Of a stretch of DNA of 38,405 bases, positions 1 through 11,450 are shown piece after piece. The translations under genes and the position numbers were made by a program. The notes below the pieces were generated by a model that was given only the letters and a program-made list of their open reading frames with translations, ran no database searches and was not told the DNA's origin. Each line of letters starts with the position of its first letter. The stretch's first letter is position 1. The stretch comes from Lophium mytilinum (lineage: Eukaryota): contig MU004202.1 of the NCBI GenBank assembly GCA_010093605.1, forward strand, positions 569,560 through 607,964. The letters run 5' to 3'.

Positions 1-214
1 GATCGTGCCTGCACAGCTTGCCTATCATATCCATGTGATCGCAATGAGGCGTCATGTCGTGCACCGATTCTGAACTCCAGGATCCTGGCAGCAGTATGAC
101 TCCACGCTTTCGATCACGACCGTCCTTCATAGTGTCCTATGCGCCGATTCCCAGATGTTCGGTTAGTCTACCCACTACCTCACCGGAAAGCAGGACCCAC
201 CTCATTCATACATC

Positions 215-2023
215 ATGTCTTTCACGAATCTTTCGCTGGAGCTGGTTAGACAGATAGTGGAGCAAGCTGTCTTGGTTTGCGCTGAGGGGGATGAAATGGG
301 GCGACATGCACTTCATAGGAGGTTCATTGCTGATTCCGCTCCAATTTACGATTCGCTCCAGACATTCGGGCCACCGAGCCCATCTGGCCCAAACAAAACA
401 AAACGGTCATTTGTGGATAGAGATGTAGGTAAATTGAAGCGAATCTTGAGGTTGAGGTTGGTCAATAGTAAGCTTTCCAGTACTATGCCGCTCAGCCAAG
501 TCTAATGAAGGCACTCAGAACTGTTTGCACACGAGGTCGAGCAGGCAGTATGCATCACAGGAATCCTTGACCACACTATACGGACGTTCAGAAACCTTCC
601 CGGCTGGCTGAAGCGTTTGGCTCTGGAGCATGCTGCCATGAAATTGGGGACGAAAAGAAGCCCTGAGTGGACCATTTGAAACCCGCCCCTCATGGTGACA
701 GCGATTCAAGAGACTTCGAAGTATCTGTGTCTGCAGCGCGGCATCCCGTCAGCGGACCAGGAGGCTCGGGATGCCATTACAAAGGCTGTGTGCTGCTATT
801 ATGCTGGCATGGAAGGCCACCTCGAACTGTTCAACAGTGGTCCACTCTCCCAGAACCAAATCGCCCCTGGAGTTGACACATCGAACGACAAAAACATGCA
901 TAGGCTTTTATGCGTGGCGGCATACACAGGCTCTTTCGACCTGTTAAAAATGTTGTGTGAAGAGGCATGTGATGGCAGAATGGATCCCATAGATCTCACA
1001 CACCTCTTGACCGATGTATGCGTCTTGACCGACATGGTCAAACTATCTGCGGCACAGCAACAATATGAGGTTGTGGAGTTCTAATTTCAGGTCCACCCAC
1101 CAGATGCTGCTTTCAAAAGCCATATAGCTTGCGTCATTTGCGAGGCCGCCCGGAACTGCGACTCGAAAATGCTTTCATTAGCCCTACAGCCCCGATGGGG
1201 TTGTCAAATCGACCATCATAGCTCTTCGTGGTTCGAATTCGAGGATGGATTCTCCGACGTCTCTGGAAAGGATTTGTATCGTCAAATCTGGGCCCTTGTG
1301 CTCCGCATAAACATGGAAAGCGACATAGAATGGCCCTGGTATGATTTGGCAGAGCCGAAAGATGCGTTCGACCTCGTAAAGCATACTGTAGCTCTGACGC
1401 GCTATCTTCTCGGCGAGGTTTTGCCCACCGAGGAGCTCTTTCTAAAATACTATCTTCAAGAGGCATGCTGCAGCGGAACGACGAAGCTAGTTAAACTTCT
1501 CCTTGCCCGCGGGGCCAAACCCTGCTGCTTTGATTTAAACTCCGCCATTCGTTCCGGACATCTCGGCATCACGAAGCTTCTTTTGGACCACGGGGTTCGA
1601 ATAGCTCGTCCTCTGGTGGCATACCACGGCTACCAATCCGCAAGTGGCATAGATGGCAGAGAGTCGTATAGAAAAGAGATCATCAACCCTTCCCCGATCA
1701 TCCGCGTCGTTTTACTTGAGCACACGGCTATGCTCTGCCTCCTTCGCAGTTACGGCGTCCGCATAGATCACCCCGAGGTCGGCGGCCTTGCGCTCAAGAA
1801 AGCAGCTGAGCAGGGCTTGGAGTCCATGGTTGAGTTACTCTTGAAGGATGGCGTTCCATTGCATGGGCAGTCGTGTGGGCTCAGCCCACGGGATTGTTGG
1901 GAGGCCGGGGAGGTCAAATTCCGACATGACAGTGTGGGGTCTGTTTTCGCAAAGGTAGCTGGTGTACCCGTGGATGAGCTACCTAACCTTGAGATCTGTC
2001 CGCATTGTGAGCCTCTGGTATAG
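215..2023 (+). pseudogene. F-box-like/ankyrin-repeat protein gene with two in-frame nonsense codons
   Basis: ATG 215; intron 468-518 (GTAAGC...CTAAT...CAG) gives LRLRLVNKLFAHE. The frame then runs to 2023 but is broken by TGA 677-679 and TAA 1082-1084 (ORFs 692-1084 and 1169-2023 share this frame). Ankyrin-like motifs: ACCSGTTKLVKLLLARGA, AIRSGHLGITKLLLDHG, AAEQGLESMVELLLKDG. Confidence 0.7.
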
Positions 2024-2460
2024 TTTCGTTGCGGGTCTGAGGGCTGGGCTGCAGAATTTATTCTCGATACTCCTGAACTAAAGGCAATGCTGTTAGTACG
2101 TGGAGTTGGGTAGGACGCGGTATGCTGATGGTTGATGAAAAGGGAAGAGAAGGGAGACGGATGTGTCTGTTCTCAAGAGTTGTTTTGCACTAGGTCAAGT
2201 CACGTGGGGATATAATCGAAGCATGATCCTCATTGATTGTACGTATAGGTACTTCAGTAGCATAGACAATGACATACGAGTCATTCAGCATTCCGTTCCA
2301 ACAGTACCAGTAAACGCGGGCAGCACGTGGCACTTAGTATTGTTCTCCAGTCCCAAAGACAGCCCTTGCATTACTTCCAAAACCGTCAAAAGTTCTAGCT
2401 CGATATTAAACCCAACAACGACCTGAATCTTGAATCTCAAACCCAACCAGAATCCCGCAA

Positions 2461-3540
2461 CTAATGCTCGAAAATCGCAATCCCCAGATCGCCATCTGCC
2501 ACCGCGCCAAGAATCTCGCCCACATCCTCTCCTCGTTCCTCAAGTACCCATTCTAGAGTTTGACCCCACGTCTCGCCGTTGTTCTCAAACCAGTCCCCGA
2601 GTCGCTTCACAAACATCTCGACCTGCCCCTTGAGTGGCGCGTTCTCTTTCAGCCACATGATCTGCTCCGGGTCCAGCTTCAGCATATCCTCGACAACGTA
2701 GTAGTGCGGAATGTCATCACCCCAGCCCTCGGCGCCCGGCTCGTGGTACGGCGTCGGCATGAACTTGGCCAGCCCGTAACGGGAGTTGAACGCTGATGTG
2801 GAGTGGAAATGATTCGAAAGTACGTTCGGAGACGAGTGGTACTGCGACTGAAAGAGGCTGGACGCATTATTGGGCGGCGGGTAGTTGAGGTGGATGTTGA
2901 AAAGGAGCTGCTGGCTCTCGTTCTCGGGGAACCGCTTCTTGAACTTGCGCGCGATAGTCCCGTTCGACGGGCATACGTTGCTGTGGATGACCTCGCGCAG
3001 CACGGCGTGCACGTCGGCGATCTCAGCAAGCTCAGCCGTGCTCCAGTTGTGCAGCAGCCCCGCGCGTTTCTGGATGGTAAGCTTCATCACACGCGTGTCG
3101 CGAGGAAACGCGCGGTTGTGGAAAGCATGCGTGTATAGCCACAGGCGGTAGAGAGCGCGGCGGACGCGGTAGCGCTCGTTGGTGGTCAGGAGGCGGCGGT
3201 GCTCGAAGTTCGACTTCCATTTCTTGAAGGGGTATATGTCGCACCACTTCTCTGCAACACGGCCAGAGTGTGCAATCTGCTTGAGAAGGGCTATCGAGAA
3301 CGGAACGAATCGAGGAATATGGGCAGGCTGGCTGGCGTTGTGGGTAAGGAGCTGGGTGAGGTCCTTGAGGGGACCAAATTGGGTCTCGGCGGCGTGCTCG
3401 AGGATAGTGAGCTTCTGGGAGGACGAGTATATCTGGCGGAAGCGGTGGCAGGTGGAGGACAGGGCGAGGACGTCGGCAACGGAGGAGCAGGAAAGGAAGA
3501 CGTGCGAAACAAGCTCGGTCGCGAGGTCTTCGAACAACAT
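2461..3540 (-). CDS. F-box domain protein, conserved fungal type (359 aa)
   Basis: Uninterrupted ORF; N-terminus LFEDLATELVSHVFLSC...LSSTCHRFRQI fits an F-box pattern; C-ending codon bias. Confidence 0.8.
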   Translation of the reverse strand: MLFEDLATELVSHVFLSCSSVADVLALSSTCHRFRQIYSSSQKLTILEHAAETQFGPLKDLTQLLTHNASQPAHIPRFVPFSIALLKQIAHSGRVAEKWCDIYPFKKWKSNFEHRRLLTTNERYRVRRALYRLWLYTHAFHNRAFPRDTRVMKLTIQKRAGLLHNWSTAELAEIADVHAVLREVIHSNVCPSNGTIARKFKKRFPENESQQLLFNIHLNYPPPNNASSLFQSQYHSSPNVLSNHFHSTSAFNSRYGLAKFMPTPYHEPGAEGWGDDIPHYYVVEDMLKLDPEQIMWLKENAPLKGQVEMFVKRLGDWFENNGETWGQTLEWVLEERGEDVGEILGAVADGDLGIAIFEH

Positions 3541-4027
3541 GTTGGCGGTAGGTATAGATGTATGGTGTGGAACTAATTGAATTCTTCTTTTTCAACGGTC
3601 TTCTCTTCTTCAATTTTCTGTTTTCTCTTCGATTTCTGGGGTTGGGAGGGCGGATCGGGTCGAATTTGTACACGGACAAGCTTCGACGCCGAAAGGGAGT
3701 TCGGGGGCTCAAATGATTGGGACCCCTCCGTTGGGGCTATAAAAGAAGAATGCAACATTCTTAGACTCAAACTCGGGCGCGACGCAAAGGGCAGAAGCCA
3801 GCCCTGAGGGCAGAGGGGCGTTTTGAGGTATCATGGCTGGTGGAGATGGTGACGGAGCGAAGGGAGAAAGGGGATGATGACTCCTGGCGGTGACGATTGA
3901 CAGGGCCAAGTGGCATACGAGAAGTGGCATTCAATAGCAGAACCCAACGTCCCCTCGTCCCTCTCCTTGTTATATATTCAGTTTTTCGCATTCGACACTT
4001 GATAGACTGGTATTTCTGTTCAATTAT

Positions 4028-4864
4028 ATGATGGCTTCCACCATGAGCTTTCTGCACCCAGCCGCGCCACAGGAAACCCCCCTCCTCTTCCGCCTCCCCA
4101 TCGAGCTCCGCCAGCACATCTACAGCTACATCCTTCCCTCCACCACCTCCTACGCCTCGCATTTTCCGCCCGCCGCGTCCGAGCCCTCCAACAGCGAGTT
4201 CAGCCTGACCTTTGTGCGCGAGACTCTCGGCGCCGGCGTCTGGAAAATGCAGCGGACGCTTCCCAACACCTCGCGCAAAGCCGGCAGCGACATCGTGTGG
4301 CGGCGGGGTTGGACCGCCCTGCTCGCCACAAACCACCAGATCCACGAAGAATGCGTAGACCTGATATACGGGGATAATACATTTGTCATTGATGTGGCCT
4401 ACGACAGCATCAAATTTCGCTATCGCTGGGTGCTGCCAAGTAATTTGACGCCGAGCAAAAGTTATTCGTTCCTAGACCACTTCTCGCAGCGGAATCTGCT
4501 GCGGATTAGGAACTATATTGTCAATGTGGAGCACGTGGATAGCTATACGGGAATGATCAAGTATAATTGCGGCGGGAGGGGTTTGACAGCGGGGATTCGA
4601 CAACAGGTCCAGAATCTGGTCGAACTGCTGTCGCTGGTGCCGAGCCTGCATCACGTGCATGTGCATTTGATCGATGGTGCAATCAGTAGGGTGAGATTCC
4701 CGAGTGGGCGTCTGCATCGCGTACAAGACGAGGAGAACTGTGCAGTGGCGCAGACAGTCTTGGATCCCTTGTTCAGGCTCTACGGGGTCAGGAGGGCGGC
4801 GGTGACGGGCGTGACAACAGAGTACATGACCAGGCTTGAGGAACAGATGACGGGAAGTAGATGA
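4028..4864 (+). CDS. Hypothetical protein with N-terminal F-box-like (LPxELRxxIY) motif (278 aa)
   Basis: Intronless ORF with LFRLPIELRQHIYSYIL and ALLATNHQIHEECVDLIYGDNTF, typical of a large fungal F-box-like family. Confidence 0.8.
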   Translation: MMASTMSFLHPAAPQETPLLFRLPIELRQHIYSYILPSTTSYASHFPPAASEPSNSEFSLTFVRETLGAGVWKMQRTLPNTSRKAGSDIVWRRGWTALLATNHQIHEECVDLIYGDNTFVIDVAYDSIKFRYRWVLPSNLTPSKSYSFLDHFSQRNLLRIRNYIVNVEHVDSYTGMIKYNCGGRGLTAGIRQQVQNLVELLSLVPSLHHVHVHLIDGAISRVRFPSGRLHRVQDEENCAVAQTVLDPLFRLYGVRRAAVTGVTTEYMTRLEEQMTGSR

Positions 4865-5962
4865 ACTAGATTTGAGGTCCGCGTGTCCGGGAAATCCGTG
4901 ACTTGTGACCACTGTCTTTTCGCCGCTCTACATTTCCCTCGACCTTCCCCACAGTCTTCTGCCACTCATACAGTGACACGCCATAAGTCTGGGCACACTG
5001 GTTCACCGGTGCTTGGGGTGCCCCCAAGGATGCAGAGAAACCAAAGGAGATGCCGAGTTTCAAGCAGTGCAGATTAGACTGCTCCTTAGCTCACTAGGCA
5101 CTGACTAACTGGGCTACCCCTCTCAATGGCGTCCAGAGAGCAAGATTGGAGCCGAGCAGTGATAATATTTGTGTGCCCAGACTTTTAGCCTAGCATTATA
5201 TAGGCTGACGAGGGCATTGTAGTGGCTATCCAACGGTGCAGACCAGCGAGAGACATCTCACTGCTACGAGGGCTTGATGCTGTTCTCCATCCCCAGCCCT
5301 ACCACTAACCCACCAGGGGCATCTTTCTATGGCCAGCTCCATCATGACCACGTATAGAGCACCCTTCCCATAATCTGATAGTAGCGAGTACCGTCGCCAA
5401 CTACAAGGGCGTCATCCCTCCATTGGAATCCCTCAACAAGGTGTTTGTTCACCCCACTGGAGCCAACTCCCCCAACTGCCCATTCAAGTCCATTGTCGGT
5501 CGTATTTTCCTGCTCCATTACAATTCTCTCAAAGGCCTTTGAACATGATGGGCATTCAGCTCCGATTTTGACTCGCAAGCTCCATGAAGCGGAAGCAGTA
5601 CTATTTTTGACGCTCTCGCCCACTCGTCCTCCTTGGCTGAGAATCATAGGGCAGCAGCGCGAGGTTCTTATACCCAAGGGGAGCGAGATTTGCGTATCAC
5701 GTGTAAAATCACATGCAACTTTAAGTAGCCAAAATGGCGGTGTGCAAGTGGTACTTAGAGCACTGTGAGTGTTACCTATATAGTTGATACGTTGTTAAGC
5801 ATTACGAAAGGAAAAGAAGGAAAACCGAACAAAATCAGCCCGCAGACCAGGTTAATTAGCAGAATTCTCCACAGATCCCGAGAGGCACCACATGAACCTA
5901 TAATACAGCGTAAGCATCTGCGCGTTAGTCGTATATGATCATCGAGTGGTCAAGCAAGAGCT

Positions 5963-8426
5963 TCACACGATTCTGCTCCGCTTCGCCACCTCATCATTGA
6001 ACTTTTTCTCCGCCATAAACTCGACAGACCCGTTGGAACGCTGTGATTCAAAGTCTAGCTCATGAATGTCTCCATAAAACGATGGAGCGCGTCTTTTAGT
6101 ACCTCGAATGGGTGTCTCTGGAATGGAGTCTGGAATTGCGGCGTCTGGAGGAGTTTCTGGGATCGAATCCGGTATCTGAGCGTTCGGGGGACTCACTGAA
6201 TAAGAGTCGAAGTCGTAATTTTGAATTTGCCTACCGTAGTCGAGATCGGTGTCGTCTAAGTCGACATAGGTGTATGCTTCCTCGGAGTCTGGCACACTCG
6301 CCTGAGTGCCAGCGGAGGCGGCTTCCATTGGAGCAATGTTGAGCTGGCTCATGGATGCAAAGACCGAAGGATGTGATGATAGTCGAGCGGAGACTGACGA
6401 CCCCTGATGCTCCATCTCGTGCTCTTCGGTGATTGTTGGCAATGGAGTGTTAGCACGCCTACCTTGTGAGATGGTCTGTGAGTTGGGCGACGACTGGTCG
6501 CTGCAATCAGAAGGCGCAGCAAAGAATTTGGAGATGACCGAGCTGGGTAGAAATGTCTTCGGTAGTCCGTTGTCCCCGAGATGCGACGTAATCTCCGGAA
6601 CAAGCCGCTCCACCATCTTAAATACTTTCCGTGGTGGCTGCCAGTCCCGAATCGTGTTTTCGTACAACGCGTCGAATGCGGCAGCGTGGTGTTCGTTTGT
6701 GAACCATGGATGTGCCAATGCTTGAGTAGCGGTCATTCGTCGGTCTTCGTGGAGGACGAGAAGCTTTCGGATGAAATCCTTTGGCCGGTGGCCGACATGC
6801 TTCCAGACTTCGCCAGAGTCCAGAATGCTGAGATTGCACTCTGACAAGAGCTGTACAATTCCTGTACGGTTATCGTTCTCGCTACCTGCAAATACATTCT
6901 GTCCAGTAAGTAGAACTGCTACAATGCAGCCTACTGACCACATGTCCACGCTAGCAGAATAGCCTTGGTCGCGAGGAATGGTCCTGTTCTGTTGGAATAT
7001 CTCGCTGTGCTTTCGTCAATGATGATTCCACTGGTACGAAGCTGAATCTTACGGTGCAGCATATTCTATAGTTCCCATCTTCGAAAACATCCGACCTTTC
7101 CACTTTCCTGGGCCTTTCCCTCCCACTGGAAGAGGGATAATCCGTGCGCCGCCGAAATCAGTTACGACGACCCGAGCGGATTCATCGAGCGAAGTCATCA
7201 GGATGTTGTCGGGTTTCAGATCGCGGTGTACGATGCCACGGTCATGAAGATATTCGACTGCTTTCAGAATCTGGCGAGTAATTACGGCCGTCTCCGGGTC
7301 TGACAGACAGCCTTTGGCGCCGATGTATGAATGCAGGTCGCCTCCGGGAATGAGCTCCTGGAAGATGTATCTATAGTCCGGTCAGCGCCGAAAAGCTTAG
7401 CGGTTGGATATACTGACAAGCTATTCATACTCCAAAAGACCTTCTCGATTGTAATAATGTTCGGCTACAAGAAATTAGCTATGTTTAGAGGATCTGATAG
7501 ATTGATCCCACGTGGCGCAAGTCCTTCACAATGTCAAATTCTCTCAAAGCTTTCTTGACTTTCGCGAACCACTCTAGAGGAATGGAGCCTTCATTGGCGC
7601 ACGAATCCTGAGCTTTGGTAGAAGGTGGGGTTGGGCCGACGTTGTCAGACGGTTTAATGGCATCGCATAGGTTTGATGGATTGAGGACGCCGCTGATGTT
7701 TACCATCTTGCAAGCTAGCTGACGATTTGTCTTCCGATGTACCGCAACAAACACCATGCCACCACCGCCGTGACCAAGAGTCCGGTTGGTGATGGTGTAG
7801 CGTGAGCTGAAAAGCTATATAGTGTTAACAATCAAATGCTGTGACCGAAGTGAGTACCCCACACCTGTGTTTCACGCTCTTGGACGTCCTCTAGAATGTA
7901 GTACTCCTCGTCAGCTCGAGTACGATAGATCAGCGATACATTAGCAGATATCCGAAGCTCGTCGTCAGCATCGAGAAGATAGGCGCCCGATTTGCGTGTC
8001 AGACGGATCTTGCTGGAAGTAGTAGATGGGACCTTTTGACAGGCGGTGTAGCTTGGCGTTAGGATTGTACCGTTAGTCGACATGTCCGTTGCATACACCA
8101 GTGGGCCAATGGCCTCGCTTTCATCCCAGATGAGACAATGAATGCGAAGATGCCTGTTGGAGATGCTGGGATCTGCCCAATGCTGACGACTGGGAATGTC
8201 AACGCAGCTCAATTCTGTGAGATAATGGAGCTCTCACCAATGCGCATGGCTTCGACCGAGATAGAAGTCATCATTCTTGCTAATGAGGATGCGACTCTGA
8301 TGCACTGCAAAGGGATCAGCTCTACCTAGTTCCGATCATCAGATTGAGGATGTTACCTTGGCCATTGTTCATCCTCTCCCATACCTCCAGATAAGCCACC
8401 GCCTCCTCCACTTCCTTACTTGTCAT
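5963..8426 (-). CDS. MEK1: FHA-domain Ser/Thr kinase (CAMK group), most like meiosis-specific Mek1; multi-exon
   Basis: ATG 8426 ([15 protein letters not shown]). FHA motifs [11 protein letters not shown] and DMSTNGT. Kinase motifs across exons: [56 protein letters not shown]. Several GT-AG introns. Long acidic C-terminal tail. Confidence 0.75.
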
Positions 8427-8815
8427 CCTCCCTCAATTGCCCCAGAAGACTGCGCTTTTTACAGATAATAACGAGGAAGTTGGGATGAGAGCGAGTGCGG
8501 AGGGCTGCCGTCATGTTGGTGTTTAGTGGGGCAGATCCGCTAGTGCCAAATACAGCTAGCCCATCTCATAAGCGACAGCTCCGCACAAGAGCTCATAGAT
8601 CGCGCTGCTCGACCTCTTTCCTCCATCACCTTCTCACTCATCTCGAAGCGACGTAAGTGCAATCCATCCCGCTCCCAGTCTCTCACCAGGTCTTCCAATT
8701 GCTCTTGTTACCTTGCAGGAGTACTCAATTGCAAGCGGCAGACCTGCCCTCACTTGGGGAACCCCGCCCGTGAGCGCAAATTCGCTGACCTCGCAAAGTC
8801 ACCTAGTTATCGAAG

Positions 8816-8950
8816 ATGAGAGCCAAGTGGAGAAAGAAGAGAGTTCGACGCCTCAAGCGAAAGAGGAGAAAGACGCGTGCTCGTTCGTAAGTCATCACTC
8901 TGCTCCAGAACCTCACTTTTGCAGCTGGCTAATAGCCCTCCAGCAAGTAA
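8816..8950 (+). CDS. RPL41: Ribosomal protein L41 (eL41), 25 aa, exons 8816-8886 and 8944-8950
   Basis: The spliced product is MRAKWRKKRVRRLKRKRRKTRARSK*, essentially the canonical eL41 sequence. Intron 8887-8943 is GTAAGT...GCTAAT...CAG. 5'UTR intron signals: donor GTAAGT 8653, branch GCTGAC 8784, acceptor TAG 8806. Confidence 0.97.
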
Positions 8951-9813
8951 ACGCCTCGCCCCTCAACCTCAGCAACCCCTCAGCCTCCCACACAACCATA
9001 ACGTCACGGCATTCTACAATCGAAATGCAATCAAATGCCGACACCTGATCACACCAACTTGTCTTTCATCACGTCACGCACGACATCCACTCGAGCTTTG
9101 GCAGCATGCGAAACGGTGGAGCGAACCAGGAGTCATCGATGCGGCAACGCAATGAGCTATGAATGCACGGAAGGAGGAGTTTGGGGAAGCTTGTCAATCA
9201 CTCATGTTGGGACGCATTGCAAGGGTTTCTTGAAAATGGCGGATGTGCTCTAAAACCGGCGAGCTTTGTGCGAACCTTTGAGTAGCTTCTTGCTAATGAT
9301 CTGATGTGGATATGCTATACTTCAATGAATTGCATGTTTCCACATACTGATTGCCATGCTACTGTATGATCGTGAATACTGTCTTCCAATGCTGCATGAC
9401 GAGTTTCCACAGGCTACGTATGTCTGATCGGAGACCTCCGAGGTGCCGCAGCAACATGCTTCCTCGAGAGATGGTATCAGACTAGACATACCTCCCTTCA
9501 AGTACACTCCAGGATTGAATCGTCTTTTCATACATTCTCGCTCAGTCAGGTCAGTAGTGTCAGCATCAAAAAGGTTTTTGCCGTTCTCTCTCTTCCATCA
9601 ACATTTAAAAATTCTTCTTCGCCTTACCTAGGCATCGCAATATATCGCTTGCAGCTCCATTACCTCCTGGCACCCTTCCGATTTTCAATCCGTCTCGAAT
9701 ACCCAATCCTACGCCCAACCATAAAAGCCGTAACTCCCTCCGGGGCGTCTTGCACGCCAGCCTAGCTAGCTACCTTCATCGCGCAACCTGCGGCCCCTTT
9801 TTGACGTCGATGC

Positions 9814-10614
9814 TTGCATGAAAAGGGTACAAACACCCAGCCTTTTGAACACCCGCCTGCCGCTGTTTATGGCGCCTCCATACATGTTTTCACACATAAA
9901 ACAGATCGAAAACCCTTAACTGTAGGCTCTGGAGAAAACTTATTGAGCAGTGGGAGACAGGTGCATACACGACCGCACGAGCGTGCCATCGTGTTCATGT
10001 CCAGCGTAGACGTGTAACGTGGAGATGTCACTCGTGTAGTGCTGGTTTCCCATCTTCGTGCTTCCCCGAAGTTCCAACCCTCTGACTTCGCCGCTGCTCA
10101 CGTGCCTAGCACATGACGCCCCAAATCTCTTTGCTTTCTCGGGTATAAAACCCCCCCTCGGCCTTCCTTGAGCTTCTTTCTTCATGGGTCTCGGGGTTTC
10201 GAGTCAAAGATGGAAATATTTCCTTACGATGGTGGGCAAAAAGTGCCGGAAGAGTGGGTCATGTCTGGTTCCAGTGAAAACTCTCCAACCGTAGTGTGTT
10301 CCATGGAGGTTGTGGATCAAACCGCTTATCTTTCCTGCACATGGGCGTGGGGTGGGATTCGGGGAGTCAATGAGAACGGGGGTAGCTGCGTGGAGCAGCC
10401 AAAAGCCCTACGGGATGAGAACCATGACTACTATTGGTGTAAAAGACATGGTCAGGAGTATGATGGAGGAGTGGTGGATGAAGTCCTTACAACAACCAAC
10501 AAGGCAGTGTTCAATGGGGAGATCGGATCGAATCTGGGCGGTCTTGTGGAATGGTGGGAAGGGGCAAGATTGGAGGTGATGATAGTTCTCAGCAACGGGA
10601 ATTTTAAATGGTAG
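9814..10614 (+). pseudogene. Possible decayed gene of unknown family
   Basis: ORFs 9814-10017 and 10168-10614 share a frame, separated by TAA 10015 and TGA 10114. The 3' part looks protein-like, but no family is recognised. Confidence 0.25.
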
Positions 10615-11450
10615 TAATTGAGCGGTCATAGGAGTGGGCATGATGGAGAAGAAGGCGCGGCAGGGACCTTCAGTGCGGAATAGTGGTGATGATTATTGGA
10701 ATTCGATAATCGTCCTCCGCCTCCACACCCATGGGTCGAAACGCTCTGTGTGTTTGCTCCAACCACCTCTGCAGTCATTTGGTGATGTGTGTAACCGTTT
10801 TAAACCATGACCCTTTCTCCATCGCTTCAGTGTAGTCGATGACCAAACCCCTAACTCGTTCTCCCTGGGGGCCTCGTACGTCGAGTGCAGAGAAGGTTTT
10901 ATACAAACATGCAGTAGGGAGCACGTGCTTACACGAGATTCCTACGTGTCCTTTTACAGCGCCAGGCCATAAGTTCGGGGACACGGGTACATCTGTGCTG
11001 TCGTCAGTCTTGCTCGCTAAACACCACTGTAAGGAACACTCTGGTTAGCAGTCACTAGCTAGTAACCACGTCAAAAGCTGCTTAGTATCCCCTACGTTAG
11101 CATTTACATTGCAATTTGAGTAAAGAGCAGCGAGATGGCATCATATCTCGAATCCCACTCATCTGAACAAAGACACGGTTGATCCAACTATGATTATATT
11201 CACTTCACCGGCTTTACATACACCACAACCTATCCTATCCCCAAACCCAACTCCCTCGAAATGCCTAACAGGTCTCTCAAGACCTGCGGCTGATTAAAGA
11301 AAGAAGGAAACAAGACACAAGAAAAGTATGCAACGCTCGTAAATGCAGCAGAGATTGTGGTTTCTCGAGCTCTCAATCTCATGTCCCAGAAGCAGCTCGT
11401 CTCCGATTCTTCCTCTTCGTGACCATTCATTGGAAGAGGTGCTTTTAGAA

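Noticed and set aside
3032..4345. Overlapping 190-230 aa ORFs around the two F-box genes
   Set aside because: Alternative-frame or antisense shadows in GC-rich coding DNA, with no motifs.
5100..5770. Gene between the F-box-like gene and the kinase
   Set aside because: Only short overlapping ORFs on both strands, with no motif or coherent splice model.
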